Source: a virus (taxonomy: Duplodnaviria; Caudoviricetes). From it: DNA of 34,284 bases. The stretch lies in the IMG/VR virus record IMGVR_UViG_3300017777_000879, positions 1-34,284 of that record. One strand, written 5' to 3'. The position numbers were made by a program, and so were the translations under genes. Shown here one piece after another: positions 18,660-26,607 of the stretch. The notes under the pieces were generated by a model, which searched no databases, had not been told where the DNA came from, and worked only from the letters and a program-made list of their open reading frames with translations. How positions within the stretch are numbered: the first letter of the stretch is position 1; every line of letters starts with the position of its first letter.

Positions 18660-19079
18660 TCACTCCACAGGAATATCAAAACAGATGGAACGTGTCTTTA
18701 GCCCATCACTCTCAAATATTTTCTTCCATCCAGTACGCCCTTGTGCTTCTAGTAGCTTACAGTCATTATCTCTAGCAAATCTCTGCAGTACCACTAGCAT
18801 GGGGGCTTTCCATGTCAACCCTTCATCCCCACCTATAAAATGCATAAACAACGTACGCATCCTAGGGTATGTCACAACATGTGTACCAACTACACCATAT
18901 ATAACAGCGCCATCAAAGGCTAGCCACAACTGTCGTGGCTCTGTCAGTAAACCTACTTTTATATCTTCTACCGTATATCTGCCGGGGTAGTAGGACAATG
19001 CATCTGCTATATACCGCTCTACTGAATGCCATACTGACTCTATATGCTCTACAGGAACGAGTGAAATCTGTATTGACAT
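18660..19079 (-). CDS. GNAT-fold acyltransferase-like virion morphogenesis protein
   Basis: QLWLAF..YGVVGT..YPRMRTLFMHFIGG..FARDNDCKLLEAQGRTGW; position analogous to T7 gp13. Confidence 0.65.
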   Translation of the reverse strand: MSIQISLVPVEHIESVWHSVERYIADALSYYPGRYTVEDIKVGLLTEPRQLWLAFDGAVIYGVVGTHVVTYPRMRTLFMHFIGGDEGLTWKAPMLVVLQRFARDNDCKLLEAQGRTGWKKIFESDGLKTRSICFDIPVE

Positions 19080-20791
19080 TAGGCTGGCATAAACCTATCA
19101 GCGCGAGTATTAGCTGCTATATTACTCCGTCCTTTACTGCTCTTTTCAATACGTTTAAGCATAGCATAGAACTTCTTAGCCCCTGCCCTAGTTGACCCAT
19201 TGCCTACTTCTGCCACTGCCCTAGCAGGTATTACAAATTCACCATCTGCTAATCTAGCTGGCTGTCTACCACCTATAGATGCAGGGATAGAATCAGATAC
19301 GCCATCCCCGGGACCTTGCGTTAATCTACCACCATCAGAGTACCCACCTAGTGTAGCAATACCACCAGCAGCCATACCTTCTGCCCCTGTAAATGGGTTA
19401 ACAACAGCATCCTGCGCCCCTACAACCTCCCGAGGGACTGGAACAGCAGATACATTACCATACTGACCCGCAGCACCTGAGGGTAGCTGGCTTTGTGGGT
19501 ACATAACATTATTTACTTCATCACTTATACTACCACCTTCAGCATAATGGGTTACTGTTGGAGTTCCATAACTATAGTTAAAGTATTGTTGCCCTGACTC
19601 ACCACCTGTAGGATCGTACCCCTGAGTAAATTCAGGGTAGCTATAGTAATCGCCATGCGCTGTAGCAGGTTTAATTCTTTGTTGGTCAGACGACATCATG
19701 CCCATACCCCCTATGCCTAACCCAGCTAAAGCTAATTTATTTTTTCCTGCAAACTTACTAAATTCTCCGGGCTCAAACAGCTTATTAACCCCTCTCCCCT
19801 GTGCAGAGAGTGCATCGCTTACACCGCTCATATAACTTTGTGGAGCAGGTGGTGTAATAGAAGGAGGTGGCATGATAGAAGAAGGTGGAGCGCCATAGCT
19901 TGCAGGGCCAATATTCGCTGGTAGCGATGTAGGCTGTGCTGTGTATCCGGGTTTCATTCCTTGGAGCGCAGCTACCCGACTAAACTCAGGATTAGTCATC
20001 GCCTGTGCATTTGTCAGGCTTCTTACTGGACCTATACCTGTTTGTACGCTAGTAATTTTTGCAGGGTCTATCATTTGCCCAAACTGATTAACCATCGGCC
20101 TTCTTGCATTGTCTGCTGCTATCTTACCTGCTTCTTGAAATGACTTTTGCGTTGCATTTTGTGCTATTTGTTGTGCTTCTGTTCTCATCAATGCTTGTGC
20201 TTCTTGTGCTCCAAACCTACCAGCACCGGAAGCTAGATTAGCTCCTTGTGTTGAGGCAAACCCACCCAACCCACTAGCAGCAGCTTCCGTAGCTCCTGCA
20301 CCTATTCCCTTTGTCAGCGCTTGTGATACTATTCCTTGCTCTACCGCGCCAAATACACCCGGAGCTGCCTCTGCTATTCCTGTCCCTATTGTTGTCCCTA
20401 CTCCCCTCGCCGCCGCTCCCCCCGCTGCCCCTAATCCAGCACCTAATGCACCACCAGCACCAGCCATCAGACCAGTAAACAATGACTTCTTGAAGCTGTT
20501 ACCTACCGCCATACTGGTACCAAATGCACTCGCCGCACCCGCGGCAATCATCCAAGGAGCTGCCAGCCCCCCTGTAGCAATAGTAGCTATGCCACCAACA
20601 ATTACAGGTAGCCAGTCTTTCATGAAGTTAGCTTCAGGAAGTCCCGTTACTGGGTTTATAGTCATCTTAGTACCATGCATCAGAGCTAACTGATGAAGCC
20701 CTTGAACCTCATCGGGGGTGACATGCAAAAGCATCGAGTCACCATTACGCCCTTGGGCAGCTAGGTTTTGTACGTCTGGATGTAAACTCAT
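19079..20791 (-). CDS. Internal virion / DNA-transfer protein
   Basis: GRNGDSMLLHV..TINPVTGLPEA, then Gly/Ala hydrophobic helices; C-terminal GPGDGVSDSIPA..ARLADGEFVIPA motif. Confidence 0.75.
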   Translation of the reverse strand: MSLHPDVQNLAAQGRNGDSMLLHVTPDEVQGLHQLALMHGTKMTINPVTGLPEANFMKDWLPVIVGGIATIATGGLAAPWMIAAGAASAFGTSMAVGNSFKKSLFTGLMAGAGGALGAGLGAAGGAAARGVGTTIGTGIAEAAPGVFGAVEQGIVSQALTKGIGAGATEAAASGLGGFASTQGANLASGAGRFGAQEAQALMRTEAQQIAQNATQKSFQEAGKIAADNARRPMVNQFGQMIDPAKITSVQTGIGPVRSLTNAQAMTNPEFSRVAALQGMKPGYTAQPTSLPANIGPASYGAPPSSIMPPPSITPPAPQSYMSGVSDALSAQGRGVNKLFEPGEFSKFAGKNKLALAGLGIGGMGMMSSDQQRIKPATAHGDYYSYPEFTQGYDPTGGESGQQYFNYSYGTPTVTHYAEGGSISDEVNNVMYPQSQLPSGAAGQYGNVSAVPVPREVVGAQDAVVNPFTGAEGMAAGGIATLGGYSDGGRLTQGPGDGVSDSIPASIGGRQPARLADGEFVIPARAVAEVGNGSTRAGAKKFYAMLKRIEKSSKGRSNIAANTRADRFMPA

Positions 20792-20816
20792 AAAAACTCC
20801 CTATTAATTCCGTATA

Positions 20817-21152
20817 TTATACGGCTATTCCACCACTAATGGTAACAGTTAGGTTTGCAGCTGAGGCTTTAACTTGTATCGTGCCACCAACGTCCATCAG
20901 CTGAGTACCGGTCCACTGTAAGTTATCATTTGCAGCAATAGATGAACCATAAAATAATGCATTTGCTACGAGCGCTGAACTGCCGTTTGCCACTAAGTGC
21001 ATAGTAAATGTAGTAGCAGCCCCACTTGTATTGCACACATCTACGCATTTTATATACAGCCGTTGAGATGCCGCTACAGTGTATATAGTTGTGTACCCCG
21101 TAGTTACTGCTGCTTGTGCTATCTGTATACCTGTAATATCTTGAAAGGCCAT
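20817..21152 (-). CDS. Small beta-rich virion (tail-associated) protein
   Basis: TTIYTV..VCNTSG..GGTIQVKAS..LTVTISG pattern; TAATG coupling with the upstream gene. Confidence 0.7.
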   Translation of the reverse strand: MAFQDITGIQIAQAAVTTGYTTIYTVAASQRLYIKCVDVCNTSGAATTFTMHLVANGSSALVANALFYGSSIAANDNLQWTGTQLMDVGGTIQVKASAANLTVTISGGIAV

Positions 21153-21349
21153 TAATTACACCCCCAAGTTATCCAAAATAAAGAAGCAGAAACACCACCG
21201 GTGCCACTACCACTACTACCCCCACTAGCATTGCCTACAGTATTCATATACAACCTCAGTTGTTTTGCTAGTTGGTCTGCTTGTCTAGGATCGTATTCTG
21301 CCGAAGCTAACTGCAAGTTTGGTCCTACTGGTGGGATAGACGATGCCAT
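21152..21349 (-). CDS. Short tail-associated protein (start refined to ATG 21349)
   Basis: CAGGAG SD; PNLQLASAEYD..QLRLYMN; directly follows the tail tubular gene. Confidence 0.7.
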   Translation of the reverse strand: MASSIPPVGPNLQLASAEYDPRQADQLAKQLRLYMNTVGNASGGSSGSGTGGVSASLFWITWGCN

Positions 21350-21350
21350 A

Positions 21351-24230
21351 TTATCTCCTGCCGTCAGTGCGAATATCAATTCTAACAGAACCCAACTGCC
21401 ATCTAGTTCCTAACCTTTCTGATTCTATACGCATGAGCATCTGTCTACCACGGATTCTTGTGTACACCTGCCCTGTAAATTCTTCAATAGGGTATGAGGC
21501 AATTCTAGTAACTGTAGGTTTAGCCCATAACTTACCTAGTACAGCAATTTCATTTACATAACCTTTAGGAGTAGTAATTGTCACAACAGAGCTAGAAGTC
21601 TTAGCTGTTATGTTCCATGTGCCCATTGGGGTTTGTAAGGCATACAGTAAAGGCTGAGTAGTAGTTGCATCAATTGTCACAGAGTTAAACATTGTACTGA
21701 CTGATGTAGCTGTTCGATTTACACCTGTTCCTGTTATTGTTACATCCGATGTAATCAGGGGAGCACCTGCAGGGCCATAGCCTGTACCTGAGTTACGACG
21801 TTGTTCTAAAGATAATATAACTTGAGGTGGTATACCCTCTGGTGGTGTAGATCCTATAAAAGTTACATCCGGCAGCATACGCCAGACAAAAGCTATAGCC
21901 TGCCCGTCACTAATATCAAAGTCAGACGACTCTATATATGCACTAATAGCCGCTGGGGTAGTACCTGATTCATCATCAGAAGAAGATTCATGATATAAAA
22001 TACGGTTGTTATAGTCAGTTGCCATAGGATAAGGCCGTAGTGAACTATCTAACCACGCAGTTCTATCTAGTGTTCCATAATACCAAATACGCTCTAGGTG
22101 GTTGTATATTACATACCGATCAATCGTAGTAGAGTTTGCCGAGCAGTAATACCACCAAATCTCGTTATAACCTTCATTACCCCCACAGAATACTTGGTAT
22201 GACTGATCTCTATTTATATCAGTAAATATGTACTGTTTTAGGGTACACGGTAGCGTCTCTACCCGTCCTGAGTAAGAATAGAATTTATCAGTACCCATCC
22301 AGTAAGTAACATTATTGACAGTAAACATAGCCTTAGGAGACATAATAGAGCTCTCTCCAGACATCAAATTAATACCAAATACGTAGGGCGGCCCTAGATA
22401 CTGCATGGAGTACAAGGCGTTACTAGTCCATATAAGCGTCTCCTGCCTAGTTGTCTGACCACAGACTATATAAGAACCACTAGATAACCGATACTCACCA
22501 CACTGATTAGTAACTGCAGGCACCCACTGGTATGGGTTTTCTTGATCTGACCACCGAACCATCATCGGATCAAAGTCAGTACCTGAATCAGTAGGGTCGT
22601 ATGAGTTAGCTCCAAGGCATACTACAAACCGAGAATCACCTGACATAATAACTTGATTAGTAGTATTAGGTACAAAGGTACCATCAAACCCATTAGCAGT
22701 AGATAGCGTACTTAGTTCTACTCCTCTAGTTGAGACTCCTTGGTTTGAAGTCCAGTAATATATAGATCCACCCCGAGGTGCAAATATCAAATCCTCACCG
22801 TAGTTATCATGGGTCCAAAGCCTAAGCTGCTGCCCTAGTCCCGTAGTACCAGCACTGCCCCAAGTACTACGTCCCCATACATTGGACCCCCAACCTAGAC
22901 CTACTGTATATATGTCTAATCCCGCAGTTACTTGATAGGTTGCTGTTAATGTACCCCCTCCATTAGCCCCAAACAAAGGACCACCCGATCCTGAGGGTGT
23001 AGGGGTACCTGCTGTAGTTGTAATAGCAGCGCCACCGGGAGTAGCAGACAAGGTGAATGTTGTAGATCCATTGGTGACTATTATGTAGTATGTCTTAGGG
23101 CTGGTATAGCCAACTATAGAACCTGTACCTGTATATGTTCCTGTAACCCCTACTGTCATACCTACCGCTAGCGTTGCAGCAGTGCAAGAGAACTGACCTG
23201 CAATACCTGTAATTATTATTGAGGATAATGCTGTTCCAGCTTGCGCTGATGTAGAAAAGGCTTCAGTAGTTACGGTATATGTTAGCCCTGTAGGTGTACC
23301 GGCAGTTGTAGTAATAGGTAGGCCGTTCTGTGTTGCAGATAGAGTAAAGGTTGAGCCGCCAACATTAGCAGCAATTATGTAGTACTTTTTAGGGTTGGTA
23401 TACCCTGTGATAGACCCTGTACCGCCATAAGTACCAGCAATAAGTACACTATTACCAACTACTACTCCTGCAACAGAAGCCGTGCATGAGAACTGACCTG
23501 CTATGCCTGTAATTGCTACAGTTGATAGTGTTCCTTGCGCTACTTCAGTTAACGTAGCGTAATAAATAGAGTCAGCAACTTTTACTATCTGGTGCTCTGT
23601 GTTCAGTGCTGCATTTGATATACCACCAAACCCTGCAGCGCCCGTAAATGTAACAAAGCTATTATTCTGACCAGTATTAGTAATATCATTAAATGTAATA
23701 GTTGATGTACCTACTCCAGCACCTGTTGTATGAGATGCCGCAGTTGTACTGTTATACCCACGAGATAATAAAGATAATACATTACCTAAAACAGAGCCGT
23801 AATATATCTGCTCTGAGTCGATCTTAATGACCCCAGAAGGCGGAAATGCCGTAGCATCAGTCAGTGTTAGTGATGTAACACTTGCATTTATAGTTCCATT
23901 TAGTGTTGTGTAAGGCACTAACATCTTACTGTTGTATACGGTAGTGTCTATGATGGGAGTTACGTCGTTATAAGTTCCACCAAGTTCAATATAGTATTTA
24001 AGATTAGTACCTACCCCTAAGTAGTTATTACCTGTCAGCGAAGCCCAGTTAACTAATGCACGGCATGTACCTAAGAAGGTGTTGTTTGATAAGCGTGTCC
24101 AGCCGCCTATTTTCTCTGGGAACCCAGAACGAAAACGAATTTTGTCGCCAGAATAGTACCCACCTTCATTAGAGTAGGTAGTAGATTCACGGTTAATTCC
24201 CGGGCGTAACTCTATTTTCTGTAAAGGCAT
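21351..24230 (-). CDS. Tail tubular B / P22 gp10-like stabilisation (nozzle) protein with inserted beta-rich modules
   Basis: MPLQKIELRPGINRE..DKIRFRSGFPEKIGGW; VRWSDQE; EIWWYY; C-terminal RIRGRQM..WQLGSVRIDIRTDGRR. Confidence 0.8.
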   Translation of the reverse strand: MPLQKIELRPGINRESTTYSNEGGYYSGDKIRFRSGFPEKIGGWTRLSNNTFLGTCRALVNWASLTGNNYLGVGTNLKYYIELGGTYNDVTPIIDTTVYNSKMLVPYTTLNGTINASVTSLTLTDATAFPPSGVIKIDSEQIYYGSVLGNVLSLLSRGYNSTTAASHTTGAGVGTSTITFNDITNTGQNNSFVTFTGAAGFGGISNAALNTEHQIVKVADSIYYATLTEVAQGTLSTVAITGIAGQFSCTASVAGVVVGNSVLIAGTYGGTGSITGYTNPKKYYIIAANVGGSTFTLSATQNGLPITTTAGTPTGLTYTVTTEAFSTSAQAGTALSSIIITGIAGQFSCTAATLAVGMTVGVTGTYTGTGSIVGYTSPKTYYIIVTNGSTTFTLSATPGGAAITTTAGTPTPSGSGGPLFGANGGGTLTATYQVTAGLDIYTVGLGWGSNVWGRSTWGSAGTTGLGQQLRLWTHDNYGEDLIFAPRGGSIYYWTSNQGVSTRGVELSTLSTANGFDGTFVPNTTNQVIMSGDSRFVVCLGANSYDPTDSGTDFDPMMVRWSDQENPYQWVPAVTNQCGEYRLSSGSYIVCGQTTRQETLIWTSNALYSMQYLGPPYVFGINLMSGESSIMSPKAMFTVNNVTYWMGTDKFYSYSGRVETLPCTLKQYIFTDINRDQSYQVFCGGNEGYNEIWWYYCSANSTTIDRYVIYNHLERIWYYGTLDRTAWLDSSLRPYPMATDYNNRILYHESSSDDESGTTPAAISAYIESSDFDISDGQAIAFVWRMLPDVTFIGSTPPEGIPPQVILSLEQRRNSGTGYGPAGAPLITSDVTITGTGVNRTATSVSTMFNSVTIDATTTQPLLYALQTPMGTWNITAKTSSSVVTITTPKGYVNEIAVLGKLWAKPTVTRIASYPIEEFTGQVYTRIRGRQMLMRIESERLGTRWQLGSVRIDIRTDGRR
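22996..23535 (-). repeat. Two tandem ~80-aa domain repeats inside the tail protein
   Basis: ITGIAGQFSCTA..GTY.GTGSI.GYT.PK.YYII..STFTLSAT..ITTTAGTPT occurs twice, with DNA-level similarity. Confidence 0.88.
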
Positions 24231-24234
24231 CTAC

Positions 24235-24837
24235 TTACCACCTATATTCTGCGCCAACACCAATAAAGAATCTTGTAGGAACCGACCCATTGCTGTTGTT
24301 ACTAGCAGCACCATAAGGTTGATCTACTGAAGCTATGCCACCAAAGTCTACGGCTTTTACGCTAAAGAACGTCTGCCGTGCCTGTATCCTAGCTGCTTCA
24401 CCTACATCCGATATACCTGTGTATACACCTACAGCACCATCAGTCTTAAACTGAAACCACGGGAGTGGTAGTGTCTCTACAAATGTTTCTGTCTTACCTG
24501 TTACTGTGTTTAGTACTGGAGTTACTTTGTGCCTATGCCCATCTTCTGGGACTACAACTGAGTCTAGCACTTTCTTGCTATCGTTAACCTGTACTTCTTT
24601 AGGTAGGTTTAACTTCTCTTTTAGTGCCCTACCCCCGCGCACTGTCATAACTGGCATCGTCATTACAACACCTTCAGTCCCTGCACTAGCTACCTCAGAT
24701 GCTGTAACCCCTAAGACTGACTCCCCAACCACCACAGGGGCTTTGTTATACCAATTCCAAACCCAACCAATAACTAATAATACAGCAGCCAGCTCAAGCC
24801 CTAGACGTATCTTCCCGATTAAGCTGAACCCCGGCAT
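24235..24837 (-). CDS. Membrane-anchored lysis-cassette protein in the spanin position
   Basis: GAGGAG SD; overlaps the endolysin 3' end; N-terminal TM helix; no Cys; ends in FFIGVGAEYRW. Confidence 0.7.
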   Translation of the reverse strand: MPGFSLIGKIRLGLELAAVLLVIGWVWNWYNKAPVVVGESVLGVTASEVASAGTEGVVMTMPVMTVRGGRALKEKLNLPKEVQVNDSKKVLDSVVVPEDGHRHKVTPVLNTVTGKTETFVETLPLPWFQFKTDGAVGVYTGISDVGEAARIQARQTFFSVKAVDFGGIASVDQPYGAASNNSNGSVPTRFFIGVGAEYRW

Positions 24838-25289
24838 GTTCTGTACTCCTCATTACGCCTATTAGTTAGACCTTTCAATGGCTTACCTTTAAACTTATCC
24901 CAAATTATTATCTGCTCACAGGCCCCTGAGTAGTCTCCAGCGTTTAGCTTCTTCACTAAAGTACTGTTACAGAAAGCATTTATGCCTATATTATACGCAA
25001 GACTTACAAAAGCATCTAGCTCATATTGGTATAGAGGCACATTAATACAGGCTTTAATGCCATTACCGTACTTATCTAGGTTCTTTAGCAGCATCATCAT
25101 TTCCCGCACGGGTTCAGTTTTATCCCCCATACGCACCCCTTCAGTCCTACCAACTCCTATGGTGGGTACATCCCCCGGCACGGGTATTACTGCTTTATCT
25201 GTATAACCTTCATACATCAGTACAGAAACTAGAAGCGCGGCACCAATTCCTAACCCACCTACTGACTGCCTTGTACTAGGCTTAATCAC
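24819..25289 (-). CDS. GH24 lysozyme, probable SAR endolysin
   Basis: Weakly hydrophobic Gly/Ala N-terminus just before EG; EGY..D.PTIG.G; DAFVSLAYNIG..FCNSTL; GLTNRR. Confidence 0.92.
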   Translation of the reverse strand: MIKPSTRQSVGGLGIGAALLVSVLMYEGYTDKAVIPVPGDVPTIGVGRTEGVRMGDKTEPVREMMMLLKNLDKYGNGIKACINVPLYQYELDAFVSLAYNIGINAFCNSTLVKKLNAGDYSGACEQIIIWDKFKGKPLKGLTNRRNEEYRTCRGSA

Positions 25290-25492
25290 TTTACAGGACT
25301 ATCTGTATGCATACGTAGCCACCAATTAGCAGCGTTGTTAGCAGCGCAGAGACCTAGTAGTGATGTAGCTACCCACGCTGGTGCGACTTCTCTGATAAAG
25401 TCTGTAAAGAACTCCGCCCCTACCAACACAATAGATACTGACCCCATGACACCATTAAACCATAGAGTCCTAGAGTGCTTCTTTAGTTTCAT
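25286..25492 (-). CDS. Putative holin/pinholin (two TM segments)
   Basis: 68 aa, basic N-terminus, SRTLWFN, two hydrophobic stretches, WLRMHT..PV; immediately upstream of the endolysin. Confidence 0.65.
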   Translation of the reverse strand: MKLKKHSRTLWFNGVMGSVSIVLVGAEFFTDFIREVAPAWVATSLLGLCAANNAANWWLRMHTDSPVK

Positions 25493-25719
25493 CTGTGGGC
25501 GCTCACACCAATCAAGGCTAGCACTAAGCCACCAACAACTGCAAGACCTATGAACGCCTTCCAGAACATATTCTTAGCTGCTTTATAGTCTGAGATCAAA
25601 CTAGCTATATCTCTGTGGTCGTTATAGTGTTGCTCTGGCTCTACAAAAAAGTCCTTGCGGTTCTCTCTTAGTAAGATACACAGGCGTTGGGCTACAGCAT
25701 CTACATCGGCATCGTTCAT
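25489..25719 (-). CDS. Small protein with a C-terminal TM helix (holin/antiholin-like)
   Basis: FFVEPEQHYNDH, then KAFIGLAVVGGLVLALIGV. Confidence 0.65.
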   Translation of the reverse strand: MNDADVDAVAQRLCILLRENRKDFFVEPEQHYNDHRDIASLISDYKAAKNMFWKAFIGLAVVGGLVLALIGVSAHR

Positions 25720-26033
25720 GTCATAGGCCCTATCATTCGAGTAGATGTTTCAATTAGGGCTCGGGTCGTAGATTCATTAGCTTTTACCATCTCATTTCTA
25801 AATGATTCTACTGCTGCACCCGTCTGTCTTTGTTGCTGGGAGTTCTCAATCAGCAGCATGGGGGTCCAAGCTATTGCACAATCTCCATTAGAGACTGTCT
25901 CTCCTGTCTGAGGATTCATACCTTGTACATGTACCCAGAACCGGCACTTGACCAGCTCACCATCTTTGATAGCACCATCCTCGATGCACTCAGTACCCAT
26001 CAAAGGGCATAATATTTTAGCGTCTTTAGCCAT
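25716..26033 (-). CDS. Conserved Cys-rich hypothetical phage protein next to the tail fibres
   Basis: CPL..C...CRFW..G.NPQTG..CAIAW.P.LLIENSQQQRQTGAAVESFRNEMVKAN. Confidence 0.8.
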   Translation of the reverse strand: MAKDAKILCPLMGTECIEDGAIKDGELVKCRFWVHVQGMNPQTGETVSNGDCAIAWTPMLLIENSQQQRQTGAAVESFRNEMVKANESTTRALIETSTRMIGPMT

Positions 26034-26043
26034 TATTTAACCT

Positions 26044-26607
26044 TTAAGCAAAATTCATTGCAATAGATATTCTTCTATCATCTGATTCTCTAGTCTTATT
26101 TTGCTCTACTAAATGACTAACATATGCAGGAATTACTAATAGCATGTTTTTCTGTGCGGGAACAGCCCACGATATACCGTTTCGTTCATTGCTCAGGTCA
26201 GGTTTAGGCAGAAAACACTCAAAATTATCTGACCGCTCAAGTACTAAATCTCCACAATCTGACGGAGTTTTTAAGTATATTATTACTGAAAAATACATCT
26301 TAGGATGGTTGTGTAACTTGTTATAGCTAAACTTTGGATTGATGTTAAACCAATAGTTCACCAGATTAGGCTCTGAAAATATACCATACGCTTGATATAC
26401 TGACTTCATTTTACTAAACACATAATCAATCGTATCTTTCATAAATGCATTATCAGTTGATATAAATGACTCGCTTTGCCAGCCGCCCATATTACTTACA
26501 TTTCTCCCACCTAAGCACTGCAGTTCTAGTACATCGGGTAGTAAATTGCTAAAATCCCTCTCACACGAAGACCATATATTGGTCTTAAATACAGTAGTCT
26601 CAATCAT
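26044..26607 (-). CDS. 2OG-Fe(II) oxygenase, TIGR02466-like
   Basis: SNMGGWQS, WFNIN..YNKLHNHP, S.IIYL, IPAYVSHLV..N, RISIAMN. Confidence 0.88.
   Translation of the reverse strand: MIETTVFKTNIWSSCERDFSNLLPDVLELQCLGGRNVSNMGGWQSESFISTDNAFMKDTIDYVFSKMKSVYQAYGIFSEPNLVNYWFNINPKFSYNKLHNHPKMYFSVIIYLKTPSDCGDLVLERSDNFECFLPKPDLSNERNGISWAVPAQKNMLLVIPAYVSHLVEQNKTRESDDRRISIAMNFA

Noticed and set aside
19079-19330. Tape-measure protein call from the GPG.G.SDSIPA/GEFV motif
   Set aside because: The motif also occurs in podovirus-type internal proteins. The protein is short, and the context is tubular A/B-like and ejection genes with no tail tube or tail chaperones.
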